The translations under genes and the position numbers were made by a program. From contig OU015568.1 in NCBI GenBank assembly GCA_907165135.1, positions 11,160,001 through 11,224,000 of the forward strand: a stretch of DNA of 64,000 nt, written 5' to 3'. Below the pieces are notes generated by a model. It did no database searches. It was not told where the DNA came from and was given only the letters and a program-made list of their open reading frames with translations. This DNA is from Oikopleura dioica (lineage: Eukaryota > Animalia > Chordata). Positions 33,817 through 49,900 of this stretch are shown here, in pieces (the stretch's first letter is position 1; the number at the start of each line of letters is the position of its first letter).

Positions 33817-35417
33817 ATGAAGCGTTTGTGGCAATGGTTGCCGAGAAAATGGATCCTATTGGGCACTTTCATCTTCTTGGTCGTTATGTTAGTGAAATCA
33901 ATGGATGATAAGCATTTCTACAGCCAACAGGGACGAAAATTAACAGTGGCAGTCTTGGTCCCAAAGAAATTAATGGGAGGACCAGGTGAGGGACGATTAC
34001 TTCGTTTAGAGGTAAATTTTAACCGTAGCAAGCCAGTATAGCTATAATGAATTCTCGATGCGGATGCTTCATCGGCAGTATTATTTGTACAATCTTGAGA
34101 AGAAAAATTTCAAATACCCGATCGAGGTTAAATTTTTGATGGAGGGCAAGTCGAACAAATGGCTCGAAGAAGAGGCTGGTCAGTGGGGAGACCTTATTTT
34201 TAATGCAAAAGAGAAGAAAATAATTTCGCAAATTAACAAGCTTCTCGACGATGAAACATTCGGTGTTGTAATTTCAGGTAAGAAAAGTATATCGAATGGC
34301 TGCATATTTCTTAGATTTGTACTCGTTCGTCACATGGGAAAAGGACTTCATTTCGCAAACAAGCCATTCAATTTGTAGAAATCTTACTACGTGTGGCGCC
34401 GCTGGAACCTATATTCCCAATTTGAAAGGATGCTACGGAGAAATGCTCGACTTTGAGCCCAAAAAAGAAACTCCCTTCTTGAGAGAATTCGGCAATTTCA
34501 CCGAATTCGCGGCGAACTTTGTGAAAAAATCTCCACTGAAGCTACTGCCTGCATACTTTTTAAAAGATGCAGATAGAAGAGTCGAAGCCCCACTACTACT
34601 TGAGCCGAAATCGTGTGAAGGAGAGATCGTTGTCATGATCAGCACGAATGGAGAGCGCTTTCGTCGGAGAAATCTTCATCGGTCTTTGAATAGCCTAAAT
34701 GAAGAGGGCAAGAAGGTTTCGCTTTTCTTTTTTCTCTCCCATGCAGATCAAATTGGAAGGTACAGGCACGAGTCAAGAGCGCTCCAGGACATTTTTGTTG
34801 GAAACTTCTCAATGATGGGAATAGATAATTACGATCAACAGCCGAATTATCGCTATCTCACCGGTATTCGTTTCGCCAAAGAAAATTGCCAGAATATGCA
34901 GACGTTCATTTTTCACAGCGATGGTTTCTTCCCAAATTACCATGAAATAAGTACGAAAACTGGAAATACCCCATTCATGGCCTGTCTTGGCAGGGTTGAA
35001 GAAGACTCGCTCGAGTTGAGGATAAAACAACCATTCACTAAAAACTGGTGGCGATTTGACCAACTACCCTTGGACTACCAGATTCCTCGATATTGTGATA
35101 ACCAGTACGGTGGTGTCATGGACAAGCTCGCTCTTCATCAACTCGAAAAAACGATGAGCTTGTCAGAGGAGAAGGTCTTTTCTTTCCATAACGGGCATAT
35201 TTTCTTCACCGGAATAATGCGAGACAAAGCCGGGATATCTCTTACCGACATGCCTTCCCGTGGAGTAGATTTCAACGACGCACTATTTTTGAAAGAACGA
35301 AGTTATGGGGACTTCACAGAAGACGATGTGCAGAAAACCTTTAGAAAATCATTTGGCAAAGAGGTCTTAGAAAACGAACTGAAGAAAATCCAATCAAAAA
35401 TGAAAGAAATAAAATGA
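33817..35417 (+). CDS. Type II membrane, divergent GT31 (beta-1,3-galactosyltransferase/Fringe-like) protein
   Basis: N-terminal TM (WILLGTFIFLVVMLV). GT31-like blocks ERFRRRNLHRS, HESRALQDIFVGNF, AKENCQNMQTFIFHSDGFFPN. Confidence 0.55.
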
Positions 35418-35607
35418 CTGATGTTTAAATAAATATGTATTTAGTGTTTTCATGGCTCAAGGTAAAAGTGGAGAAGTGATTGGCAAGAGCATTGAATAGA
35501 AATTACTATTTAGGAAACGTTAGCTAGAAACATAATGAACAGAAGTGACAGAACGTAATAACAATAAATGAACAAGTTTGTGAATTTTTGGAATGGTGAA
35601 CTTTGAT

Positions 35608-39885
<4,278 letters not shown>

Positions 39886-40597
39886 CTCTCGCTAGAATTT
39901 TCTGTAAGCGGTCTTGCTAAATCTCCATTTATTCTCGATTGAAAGCGCCGTCAGAAAAGGTAAAGAATAATAAAACGATAATATGAATTGAATTTACGAT
40001 CCGTTCAAATTCATCATTGTCTTTTCTCTGAAAAAGTAAAATTTGAGTTTGGCCCAATTTACGCCCTCGAGCATTTTTGGCATTGTATGAAAAGATAAAA
40101 TTATTTTCTCTTCATTCATTTCGTGAGTCATTCCTGTCTTACTCATTTCTCCAATCGTGACTAAAGAAAGAAAAAAAGGGAAATTGCAGATTTAAGATCT
40201 CAGAAACGTTCCACTACAGTAATTTCAGAGGGCCAATCAGATGAGAGAAAGAATTTTTAGAGCGCGCCACCCATCGATTTATCCCTATTTCTCGTGTGTG
40301 GTCCTTGATTTCTCAGAAAATGTCGTTAAAATCTCATTTATCTGCATAAATAACTTAATATTTTATTAAAAAAGACCCTTACCTGCTATCGCGTTATTGT
40401 ATTTTTCGGAATAGAGCAATCGCAATTGCTGAAGCAGACGAAATTCTATCCAGCTGGATGTTTTTCGAAGATGGTTTTTTCGACAATACCCAAATTTGGC
40501 TATTTATAAGCTCGAATCATTATTACTAGTTGTTGTGGACTGTGACAGCAGTTGACCTCAAACAACACTGAAAAAAGAGTTTTAAGATTGAATCGAA

Positions 40598-43500
40598 ATG
40601 GCAAGTTTTGGAACGTCTGGTAGTCTCGATTTGAAGGCTCACAAGATCGAGAAAATGGTCGATCCGGATGAGCCAGATCGAGAAAAAGAACTGGAGGAAA
40701 AACTGAAGGAAAATGAGCTAAAAGATAAAGCTTGGAGCTCAACAAAGAACCTCGACAAAGTCAAATACAGGCCTCGATGTGGAAAACCGATTGGACTGAA
40801 GTGGTATGGCGATGGGAAGAAAGATGACTCGGATGCTTTCGGTAGGAGAAAGAATTTCTTCCATGACTTCAAATTTTACATATAGTCTATATGATATATG
40901 ATATAGACAATCTTTACGATGACAAGGATTGGTTGCCAGTAGAAGAAGAAGATGATCGACTGGGAAAAGGATCAGACAAATACAGTATAAAGACAGTCAG
41001 TGTTACAGTCTCCACCGGTCAAAACTCCTCCCGTCAAGCCATGATTCCAGATAATCAAGTGAAACTAACACCTGGCTTTGATTTCATGTATGAATCGCCA
41101 CTTCTCCGCGATTTCGCTCTGGACCCAAATTCTGATCGTCGAGTTGCCAAAGATTTTCTGCGAGTAAGCTTCGATCGAAATACACCCGACTCCGTTGTAG
41201 GCAAGATTCTCAAAGATGGTTTCTACTGTCACGACCCGCACAATCAGAAAAACAAGAAAGATGCTCTCTGTTTATACCGCTTCTTTGCATACACGCCCTC
41301 ACAAGTCAGAAATCGAGGGTGCATCATGATCAACTACGATGCAGACTTCTGGGGCTCAGATAAGCTCGTTGATGTTGGGGACTACCGAAGATTGAAGAAA
41401 GAATTTGATGATTTGGAGAAAATACACGTGAAGGTTGACAAAGCTGAAGTGAGATACAGTCTTGTGAAAAGAGCGATTCCTTATGTTTGGAACTACTTTG
41501 GGAACTTTGATAAGATCAAAATTGTGTCTAAGTATGCTGCTCGAATTGGTCTTCTAATGTCGCCAACTCAGGCGACCATCTTTGTCCCAGATACAAAATG
41601 GGCCAGAGAAAGAGACATTGTTTGGGGCCCAGAAAAAGATCGAAAGAAGTATGAATTTACTGATGGTTGCGGACGAATGTCGACTCGTGTTGCTCAAATG
41701 TTTCGTGACAAGCTCAATCTCAAGCATTTGTATAAACATCAAGGAGCATACGGAGTACCATCTGTCATCCAGTTCCGAATGATGGGCTGCAAAGGCATCT
41801 TCGTCCATGATCCGACACTTGATGCTGCCAACCAGCCCTGGGTCATGATCCGGGACTCGCAGTGGAAATTCGATTGGAACATGGACACGGTCAAGTTCTT
41901 GGAACGAGATAAAGATGGGAATCCAGGGCGCGCAATGGGTGTTTGCTCTAACGGATTATCAAGGCCTTTTTCTTTTGGAAAACTGAATGAGCAGTTCGTG
42001 GTTTTGCTCGATTCTCTTGGGCTCGCGGACAATACATTCTTGGACATCCAAAAAGATCATTTCGAAAGGCTCAAACGATGTATGGACGACAGAATTGCAG
42101 CGTTTGAAATTCTCTCTTCTCAAAACCGCATGGCTGAAGCTGATCTTCTCCAAGAGACCGATGAAAACTCACCGTACCCACCAGAAGTTATCAACACCTT
42201 GAAGCGCTTCCGCAAGCCAGTTGTTGAACTGCCATCCAGCAACCCAAACGAAAGAGAGGAAAAGAACATCAAAAATGCAGCTTTTTACATCCCTATTTCG
42301 AAATCGAGAAACGTATACGGAGTCGCGGATATTTCAGGCAAACTCAAAAAAGGGCAATGTTTCGTTCAAGTCACTGACTACGTCGAAGAGTTTGATGAAA
42401 CAAAGGGGACAACAAGGAGAGTGACAAAAATGGTACCGTTGGACAACGGCGCTCGAGTACTTGTCAACAAATGCCCAACCTATCATCCTGGAGATTTCAG
42501 AGTTCTGGAGAACACGCACATTCCGGAACTGATGCACCTCTGCGATGTTATTGTTTTCCCTGTGGCAGGTCGACACAATCCTGATTTTAAGCGGCCACAT
42601 CCTCATGAGATGCACGAAAGGTACTTTTATTCCTCGGTTTTATATTAATGAGTGTTCAAAAGTGATTTGGATGGAGATGAATACTTCGTCAGTTGGGACG
42701 ACCGACTGATCCCCGAAAAGACAGACAAGCCTTTCCCGTGCCCAGACAAAACAAAAGGTGCAAACCAAAAGGAAGAGATCACAGTCCAAGATCTGATCCG
42801 TGAATTCACCGCTTCAGAGCACTTAGTTGGAAGGATCAATAATCTGTTCATCGACTGGGCGAAATTATCCGGAGCTAAATCAGACGAATGCAAGCAACTT
42901 GCGAAACTTTTCAATCAAGCTGTTGATACTGCAAAGCATGGTGGCAAAGTTGAAATATCATCGCACTTGACGGTAACTCTAGCGGCTAGAGTCAGCCTAA
43001 CCTATCTTGGTTTACAAAGTTTTTTTAGTCTGTTAAAGATAGAGATGGACAAAAGGTTCGCTTGCATGCAAAAATGGTTGCGCAAACGAAAAAACAACCA
43101 TTCAAAGCCTCCGCCGATTACCTCATCAGATACAAAGGACTCAACAATACTCTCTGGCCATTAGCTCAGAAGCCATTTTTTTATTTCATTGATATTAGCC
43201 TCTGCGATTCGGATTCAATGGTAGGCTTAATTTTAGAAATTAAAAAAATTAATATTGGTGTTAGATGAATTTTCACTGCATGCTGAAGTATGGCGTCTGG
43301 ACTGATCCCTACGAAAGAAATGTGACGAAGATTTCAGAGGCTTTCAACGCAACTCAGCGCCCAGGATCGGATAAAAAATCTCAATTCTTCTTTAACAAAT
43401 TACTTTTTCAATATCCAAAGAAAAGGGGCGATGGTACCGAACAATTCCATATTAAATGAGCGCGGCACAATTTATCTGATTGCCTACAGGGTCAAGAATA

Positions 43501-43985
43501 AGAAGAAATTCGCACAGGGTGTCGCACAAGTTATAGACAGAATCGGCATGTGGGAATACACATGGACGCCGTTTAAATACAGCGAACCAGGAATGATTCC
43601 TGTTCAATGGCTCTTCTGTAAAGACTTCGAAATTCCTGATTTGCCGATGTTTGGACACGAAGGAAAGAATTCGCTTCTTGACCTCGATCACACTGATCCA
43701 ATTCCTCAAAATATCGGCATGAAGCTTTTTGACAAATTCAAGAGAGGAAAGAACGCTGATCCGATGAGAAGGAAGTTAGGCGATAAATTATACGGGAAAA
43801 TGTAAGAAAGAACTTTTTGATCATTTTTAAATCGGTATCTTAGAAGCTATAAAGAAACACTCGTACAAACCAGTTATTTGGACAAGAAATGGGCCGAGAA
43901 TGAAAAAAATCTCCAAGAGAAAATCAAGAACAGCACAAAATTCTACGAAACCAATCAAAATACAAAATCTCGGAATCGGAAGTAG
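40598..43985 (+). CDS. Cellular RNA-dependent RNA polymerase (RDR/QDE-1/RRF family) with an in-frame C-terminal YTH-like domain
   Basis: RdRP motifs KYAARIG, FTDGCGRMS, PSVIQFRMMGCKG, KLNEQFVVLL, YGVADISGKLKKGQCFVQ, KCPTYHPGD, S|DLDGDEYFV, AVDTAKHG. Then GT-AG introns 42973-43028 and 43221-43264 (both phase 0) lead into a YTH-like region. Confidence 0.9.
43170..43745 (+). other. YTH-like domain coding segment of the RdRP gene
   Basis: FFYFIDIS..MLKYGVWT..NVTKISEAF..GTIYLI..QGVAQV..MWEYTW..GMIPVQWLFCKD..DHTDPIPQNIGMKLF follows the YTH consensus order. One GA-AG or GG-AG intron between about 43365 and 43460 is needed. Confidence 0.72.
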
Positions 43986-44227
43986 ACTGCCAGAAAGACA
44001 AACTTTCACTAACATGATCATTCACTAATAAAGGATAAAGTCATTCACAGAAATTTATATCATTCATTTCTGCAATCGCTACCTAGAAAAACTCAAACTC
44101 GGCGGGGAAGTGGTCGGAAATAAGCTCGGATATTGGTTAGGAAAAGCTGGAGAAATACTGAGAGTAGAAGTTACAAGTCATATTGATTTATTTCATTTTT
44201 GTAAGAAAGACTGTCGAATGTACATTT

Positions 44228-44968
44228 TAATTTGGCCAGTAGCTTTCCTTGTCGTAGGCGCAGTCGTTGGGATCTTGAGGAATGTTGAGAATTTCTGGTC
44301 TATCCCAAACGTCAGAAAAGCCTTTTGCGATTTCCATGAGTTCAGCCCATCGCTCTGGGTTGTTTTCCCGGATGTTCTGGTCTCACTCGAGCGAGAAGGA
44401 ACTTAAATTATTGCTAGAAGAGATCAGATTATTTATAATTACCCGAAGTCTTCGCAGTTCATGACAATCGAATATTCATCGTAGTTGGTATCCATGATCT
44501 AAAATGACTTTAAATCAAGACAAAACATGTGAAAACAGACCCAGTAGTTAGCTCGCTCATCTCTTGACTCAATGAGTTGGTATCCGTAGTCGAAATAGAC
44601 GAGAAGCTTGTTTGGGAAGTTGGCATCAAGAATCTTGGCGTTTCCGAGAATGCTCTGGAGTTCCAGGCCGCTGCCAGAGTTATCGCTGTACGGAATGATG
44701 TGGGAATTATTGACGGTGATGGTGGACGCATCGACGGGGCCGTACTCGGCGCCTCCGCATTTATCGTCGTCTCCAGAGAAAGAAACTGGAGTTCGAGCGT
44801 TTTCCCACCATTTACCGTAGTACTGAAAATTTATGAAATATTTAAAATTTGCAAAACACGTCTTACTCTGTCTAAGTCGAAGTCGGCGATGAGTGGAGGA
44901 CTGTAGCAGCTTTTTCCAAAGGAGATAAGCTGGGCATTAGCTGCTGAAAATAAAATTGCTGTCTTCAT
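44228..44968 (-). CDS. Lipocalin (apolipoprotein D-like); apparent in-frame TGA in last exon
   Basis: Signal peptide, FDLDR|YYGKWWENARTP (GxW motif), NYW|IMDTNYDEYSIVMNC (TDY-type motif). Confidence 0.75.
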
Positions 44969-45477
44969 CTTTTTTGTAATGATTTTGATGAACGAAGGGT
45001 TAGTTTTATTGAACTCGCCATCTGCGTTTTCCCAAGGTATAACTCCGCGTAACAGGTCTGGTGTTTTTGGGAACGAGTTCAATGAGGGTCAATTTTATGG
45101 CTTTAAAAATAGAATTGCATCAAATTAACGACAAGTTATGCAATAAAATGCTATGAGTTTAAACTTTAAAGTTCGTGAATTGACGTAAAAATGGCTCGTT
45201 TGGAATTTTTGCGTGGAAAGCGAAGAGACGAAGTGGAGGGATAGCTTCATCACATTTGCCACTGCAGTTTATCACATCTCATTTGCGCATAGAGTGTCTC
45301 TCACTAGGGTTTGATTTTTGCGCTTGTCTCTCTATCTCTCCATTTGCTCCTCGTTTGCGGTCCTCTAAGGTGTCCAGAGATAGCGAGTAAAATCACAAAT
45401 TTCTTCCCTGAGAAAAACCATAAATCTTGCACTTAGGAAATTGAATCAAAGAAGAGCAAGTCCCAAAAGCAGACACG

Positions 45478-46849
45478 ATGGAAGGTGGAGATGATTTTTT
45501 CAAGAAGCGCCTCGAGAAGGATTTGGCCGAACTCAAGAAAATGATCGACTCTCATTTCGGTAAATTATTATTTCTTTGGATTAAGTTTTATTAAAATTTT
45601 AATCATTTGTATTGAAAATTAATTATAAAACTCGAAACTTCACCGTGTGTTCACAGTTCAGCGGCAAAAGGATGAAGAGGAACTCGCTTCTCTTGAGAAG
45701 AAAATCGCTGAACGAAAAGAGGTACAGAAATGAACCCATAAAATTGATATTAAAAAAACCGACATTAGATGAGAGAACAGCAAAATGCCGAACGAGCTCG
45801 AAAGAATCAGGAAAGACGCGAGCGTGAACTCCGCGAAAAAGAGGCCAAAGCTTGGGCTCATAAATTTTTAATTATCAATGTCAAAAAATTTGAGATTTCG
45901 TTTATTTGGTACAATTAACACTTACTGAGCCGCAAACAAAGAAGCGGAAGAAGCACGTCGTCTGGAAGAAGAAGCACGAAAGAAGAAAGAAGCTATGGAT
46001 AAGCTCAACAAACTCAACAGGTTACACTTCCATCACTCATTTTACAACACCTCAAATGCGATAATTGTCGCACTCATAAAAAAGCCGAGTCAGTGAATGA
46101 TCGCGCTAGAATTTTGGATCTCTTCTTTTGACCTTGACGTCATATTTTGTCTTCCGCTTTGATACTCTTCAGCAATTTTCAGCTCGCTATCTAATTATAG
46201 CTCGGGTCCAAATTCTATGCGTTGAGACTATGTGCTTTTTGTGCTCTTATGTTTGTTCATAATACTCATCCTTGATTTCAGTGGTCAGCCAAGACAGCGA
46301 AAAGGCAAGGGTACTGCCCGAGATGTCAAAAAGAAGGTCCTTGCCGAACGACGAAAGCCTCTCAACATCGACCATATGGATCTTGATAAGCTCAAGCAGA
46401 AGGTCACCGAACTCTACGACTATCTTTCGGTAAGTCTCTTCCCTGAGTTATAAATTATAACCAGTGGGCTTTCACGTGGGACTACTGTAAGGCGGTTTTT
46501 GGTTTAAACTTTTTGGCACGCTTAGAAACAACGATCAGGCTTAGAACTCGTAAATAAAAGAGGAGCTTATGGCGATAAGTTGCTCTATAAGAGTCATCAG
46601 ATTGAGCCCTACAAGTAACAGATTTATGACTTTACACGTCAACATCAAGGAAGTGAATTTTCCTTTTATACACCAGAACATCGATTCATGTTTCATTAGA
46701 CCCTGGAAAACGAACGAGCCGACTTTGAAACCGACAACGACGAAAAGAAGTACGAAATGTCCACCCTCCGATACCGAGTCAATATGCTCTCCGGCGCCGC
46801 TTCAAAAGAAAAGACGAAACGAATCGGCCGAATTGGTGTCAAAAAATAA
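45478..46849 (+). CDS. Troponin T
   Basis: FKKRLEKDLAELKKMIDSHF|VQRQKDEEEL..; KKKVLAERRKPLNIDHM; KKYEMSTLRYRV. Confidence 0.9.
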
Positions 46850-46910
46850 ATTTTTACAGCATTGTGTTAATAAAAATCGAAGTGTATAATCTCGCATACA
46901 ACATCTGGAT

Positions 46911-49900
46911 TTATTCAGAAGGAGAATGAAGTGCAAAGAAAAAAATTGCCGACAAAATAAATAGTTTAGAGCGGCTATCTGGGCAATTTTCTTTTTCTTC
47001 GATAACGGGAGGTTGTGGTCGAGGGCCTCTAAGGCTATCATCCTCTATTTTATGGGAATCAAGATCAGTCTGGTTCGTGGTTTCTTCGTTTTTCACTTCT
47101 GTCAGTTACTTAATCGAGCGCAAAACGTATTCTTATTCATGCTGTGGTTGCAATTGCGGTTCCGTGGGTGAGCAAATCTCAACCGCCAAGTCCGTCATTA
47201 TTCTCAAAAATAGAGATTGACTTGTTTAATTTTGTAACTGGCCTAAATCAGTAGCAGAGGCTTCTCTCTCTTGACCCTCAAAATTCAACGAGTCCGGCGT
47301 GGGTGAACGTTCTCGCGGTGAATCGACATCTTTTCCTTCCGGTCTGGGCCCTCGCGGGCTTGGATCCTCCTCTTTCATCGAACTGGCCTCGCTATCCAAT
47401 TCACTGGACATTCTCGAGCTGGGAGTGGAGCTGTCTGAACACGTTCAATTTAAGAAGCTCAAGGAAACTATAGAATACCTGGCTGATCATAAGCTGCTTT
47501 GGTATCTTCATCGGAGGAAAGAGATAGAGATGATGACCTAGTTAAGCTGGACCTCGGAGTTGGCTCACTTTCATAGAATTCCTGAATTTCCCTTGCATAC
47601 ATTTTATGGTGCAGTTTACCTTGAGCATCAGTAAAATCATGACATTCTGCGTTTCAAAACCACCGAAAAGAGCTTCCGGGGTGGTTAAAAGATTCAGCTC
47701 GTGTCTTTCTGAAAATTTTACAATTTGAGTGCTTCTGTGTTGATCATTAGGTGGAACCTTGGGCTCCAAGTGCGTCCAAATGGGAGCTGATAATGTCAAA
47801 AGGGTCGCTCGCATTTTGATCGACAACGATCTTCCGGCCCCGCTCTAATTCGAGTGCTAAAGTCATTTCTTTGAAAATTTCTCTCGGCTGATGGCACGGC
47901 TGTTCTTACACGTTTTTATGTTCTTTAGAATCGAGCAAAGGATTTCTGGGTTCTTGAAGGACTCTCCAAAGTCGAAAACGGTTTGTCCCTCGTCCAGGAA
48001 TCTGTTTATCTTTCATAGGATTTTTAAGAATGAGCGCACTCGGAAGTCGCACTACAACCACATCCCGTATTTTAACGCAGTATACGTTTTTTTTCGATCT
48101 TATCAATTTTTGATAATAAGCTTAATTTAATGGCATTGTCCTTCGTATTTTAATAATTATTGAAAATCCTTGACCAAATGAGAAGACCTTGTTCGTCGAT
48201 AGAGCTGCTTAGTTCAACTTGCTCAACTTCCTTCTTTGTAATTTGCTCTTCTGATGCGCTTTCTGAATCTTAAATGCATATTTATTATCTATGCAACTAC
48301 GCATTCCATTTTGGGTTCTCATAAAGGGGGAAGTAGTTATTGAAATAGAAAACGCACGTCGGAAAATTGAACATGAAAACATCCACGACTGATCTCTTTG
48401 AGAACTTCTAACGCTGGCTTTCGCTTTGGGAAAAAAATTATAACCTGATTTTTCTTCTTCTTCTTCTTCTTCTTCGCCTTCAGACTCACTGTACTTTCCG
48501 AAGCCCTTTCCAAATTGCTTTTCGTATTGGGATTCAAAATTGAAGGGGTCGGATGGAGCATCGACGCGAGGAGTTTCTGGCTCTTCGATCTGAAAAATCA
48601 AGTGTCAATGAAGGATTGTTGCAAAAGAGCCCTTCTTGCTTGTCAATCGAGAATTCCCACAGTCTTTCAGTCGAAACGGGACGCGGACTTTTGTTGTAAA
48701 AGGGCCTTTTCTTGTAAATTTGAAAAAACACTAGATACGCCAAAATAACACTCCTTATATATTTTTTTCGAATTGAATGACTCTTTTAACGTCATTCTTT
48801 AGCGTTTAAAATATTTTTTTTCGAAAAAAATTAAAATTTGAGAATTTTCAAAAATTTGTTTTTGCTATAAAATTGTCTCTGAGGTGTCAAAAAGATACAT
48901 TTCCGTATCAAATGACTTAAAACATGCTAAACTTTCGTTTCAGATGCTTTCTTTACGTTTTATCCCTCTAGAAAAAAACTCTTCAAATTTACAAGAAAAG
49001 GCACTTTTACAAGAAAAATCCGCATCCCAGTCGAAACCACGCGAACCAAATTAAACAGCTACTTATGTTGTAGCGTGAAAGTGAACACCGTATTTTCCCG
49101 TTACATGAACTTCTTTTTTTTTTAATAGAAAATATCGTTATCATTTTAAAGAAAATCGGAAGAAATCTTCATGTGGTTTTAATTATCAACGGTTTCTCGA
49201 CTTGTTTGCCGTCGTATAAATTTACAGTTTTTTTCCATCTTAAGAGGCCCCAACTTAAGAGGACTTTTGCGTCAATTTGGCCGATTTTGTCACCCTGAAA
49301 AATTCCAACTTAAGAGGACTTTCTCGATAATTTTTATTAATTTTTAGAAAATTTTTCTGCTAACAGTGAATCAATTGAAATTTTTTTTAGCAGTAAAAAA
49401 GCTAGAAATCTTTGACTGCTTTTCTGGCCATTTTGAAGTCGATGGCTTTGCAATGTCAGCTTCATCTGAAACTTGAATTTGCGGTTCTTCCTCAATATCT
49501 ATCGGGGTTGCAGCTTGTGTTTCATCGATTTGAAGCGCCAGGAAATGCTCGATCAATTCTTCTTCATCTTGTTTCTCCAAGATACTTTCCAAAACGTCCA
49601 AGCCCTCGACTTCTTCAACAGTATCCTTGTATTCTTCTTCTTTGATCAATCCCGTATTGATCCAACTTCGCTTGAAGATTCCAGGGTTCATGTTCATGAA
49701 GATTTCGTTGGCTTTTTTCACGAGCTCTTCCTCCTTGATATTCAGATGATCGTGATCGACAATAAAATCATCGAGGAAGCAGCGGATTTTCTTCTTAAAA
49801 TTACAAAAAACAAGATTATCGCAGGGTTGGTATACACCTTCTTTTGTTTGAAAATAAATTTTATATTTTTCGCGCAAAGATAAAAATAACACTGATCAAA

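Noticed and set aside
40891-42648. RdRP as an integrated RNA-virus polymerase
   Set aside because: It has the DLDGD double-psi-barrel cellular motifs rather than viral GDD palm motifs, and host-type introns.
44383-44385. Selenocysteine recoding of the lipocalin TGA
   Set aside because: No SECIS-like element was seen, and the position does not correspond to a conserved Cys.
46130-46240. Alternative micro-exon in troponin T
   Set aside because: Candidate boundaries are weak and the flanking exons join in frame without it.
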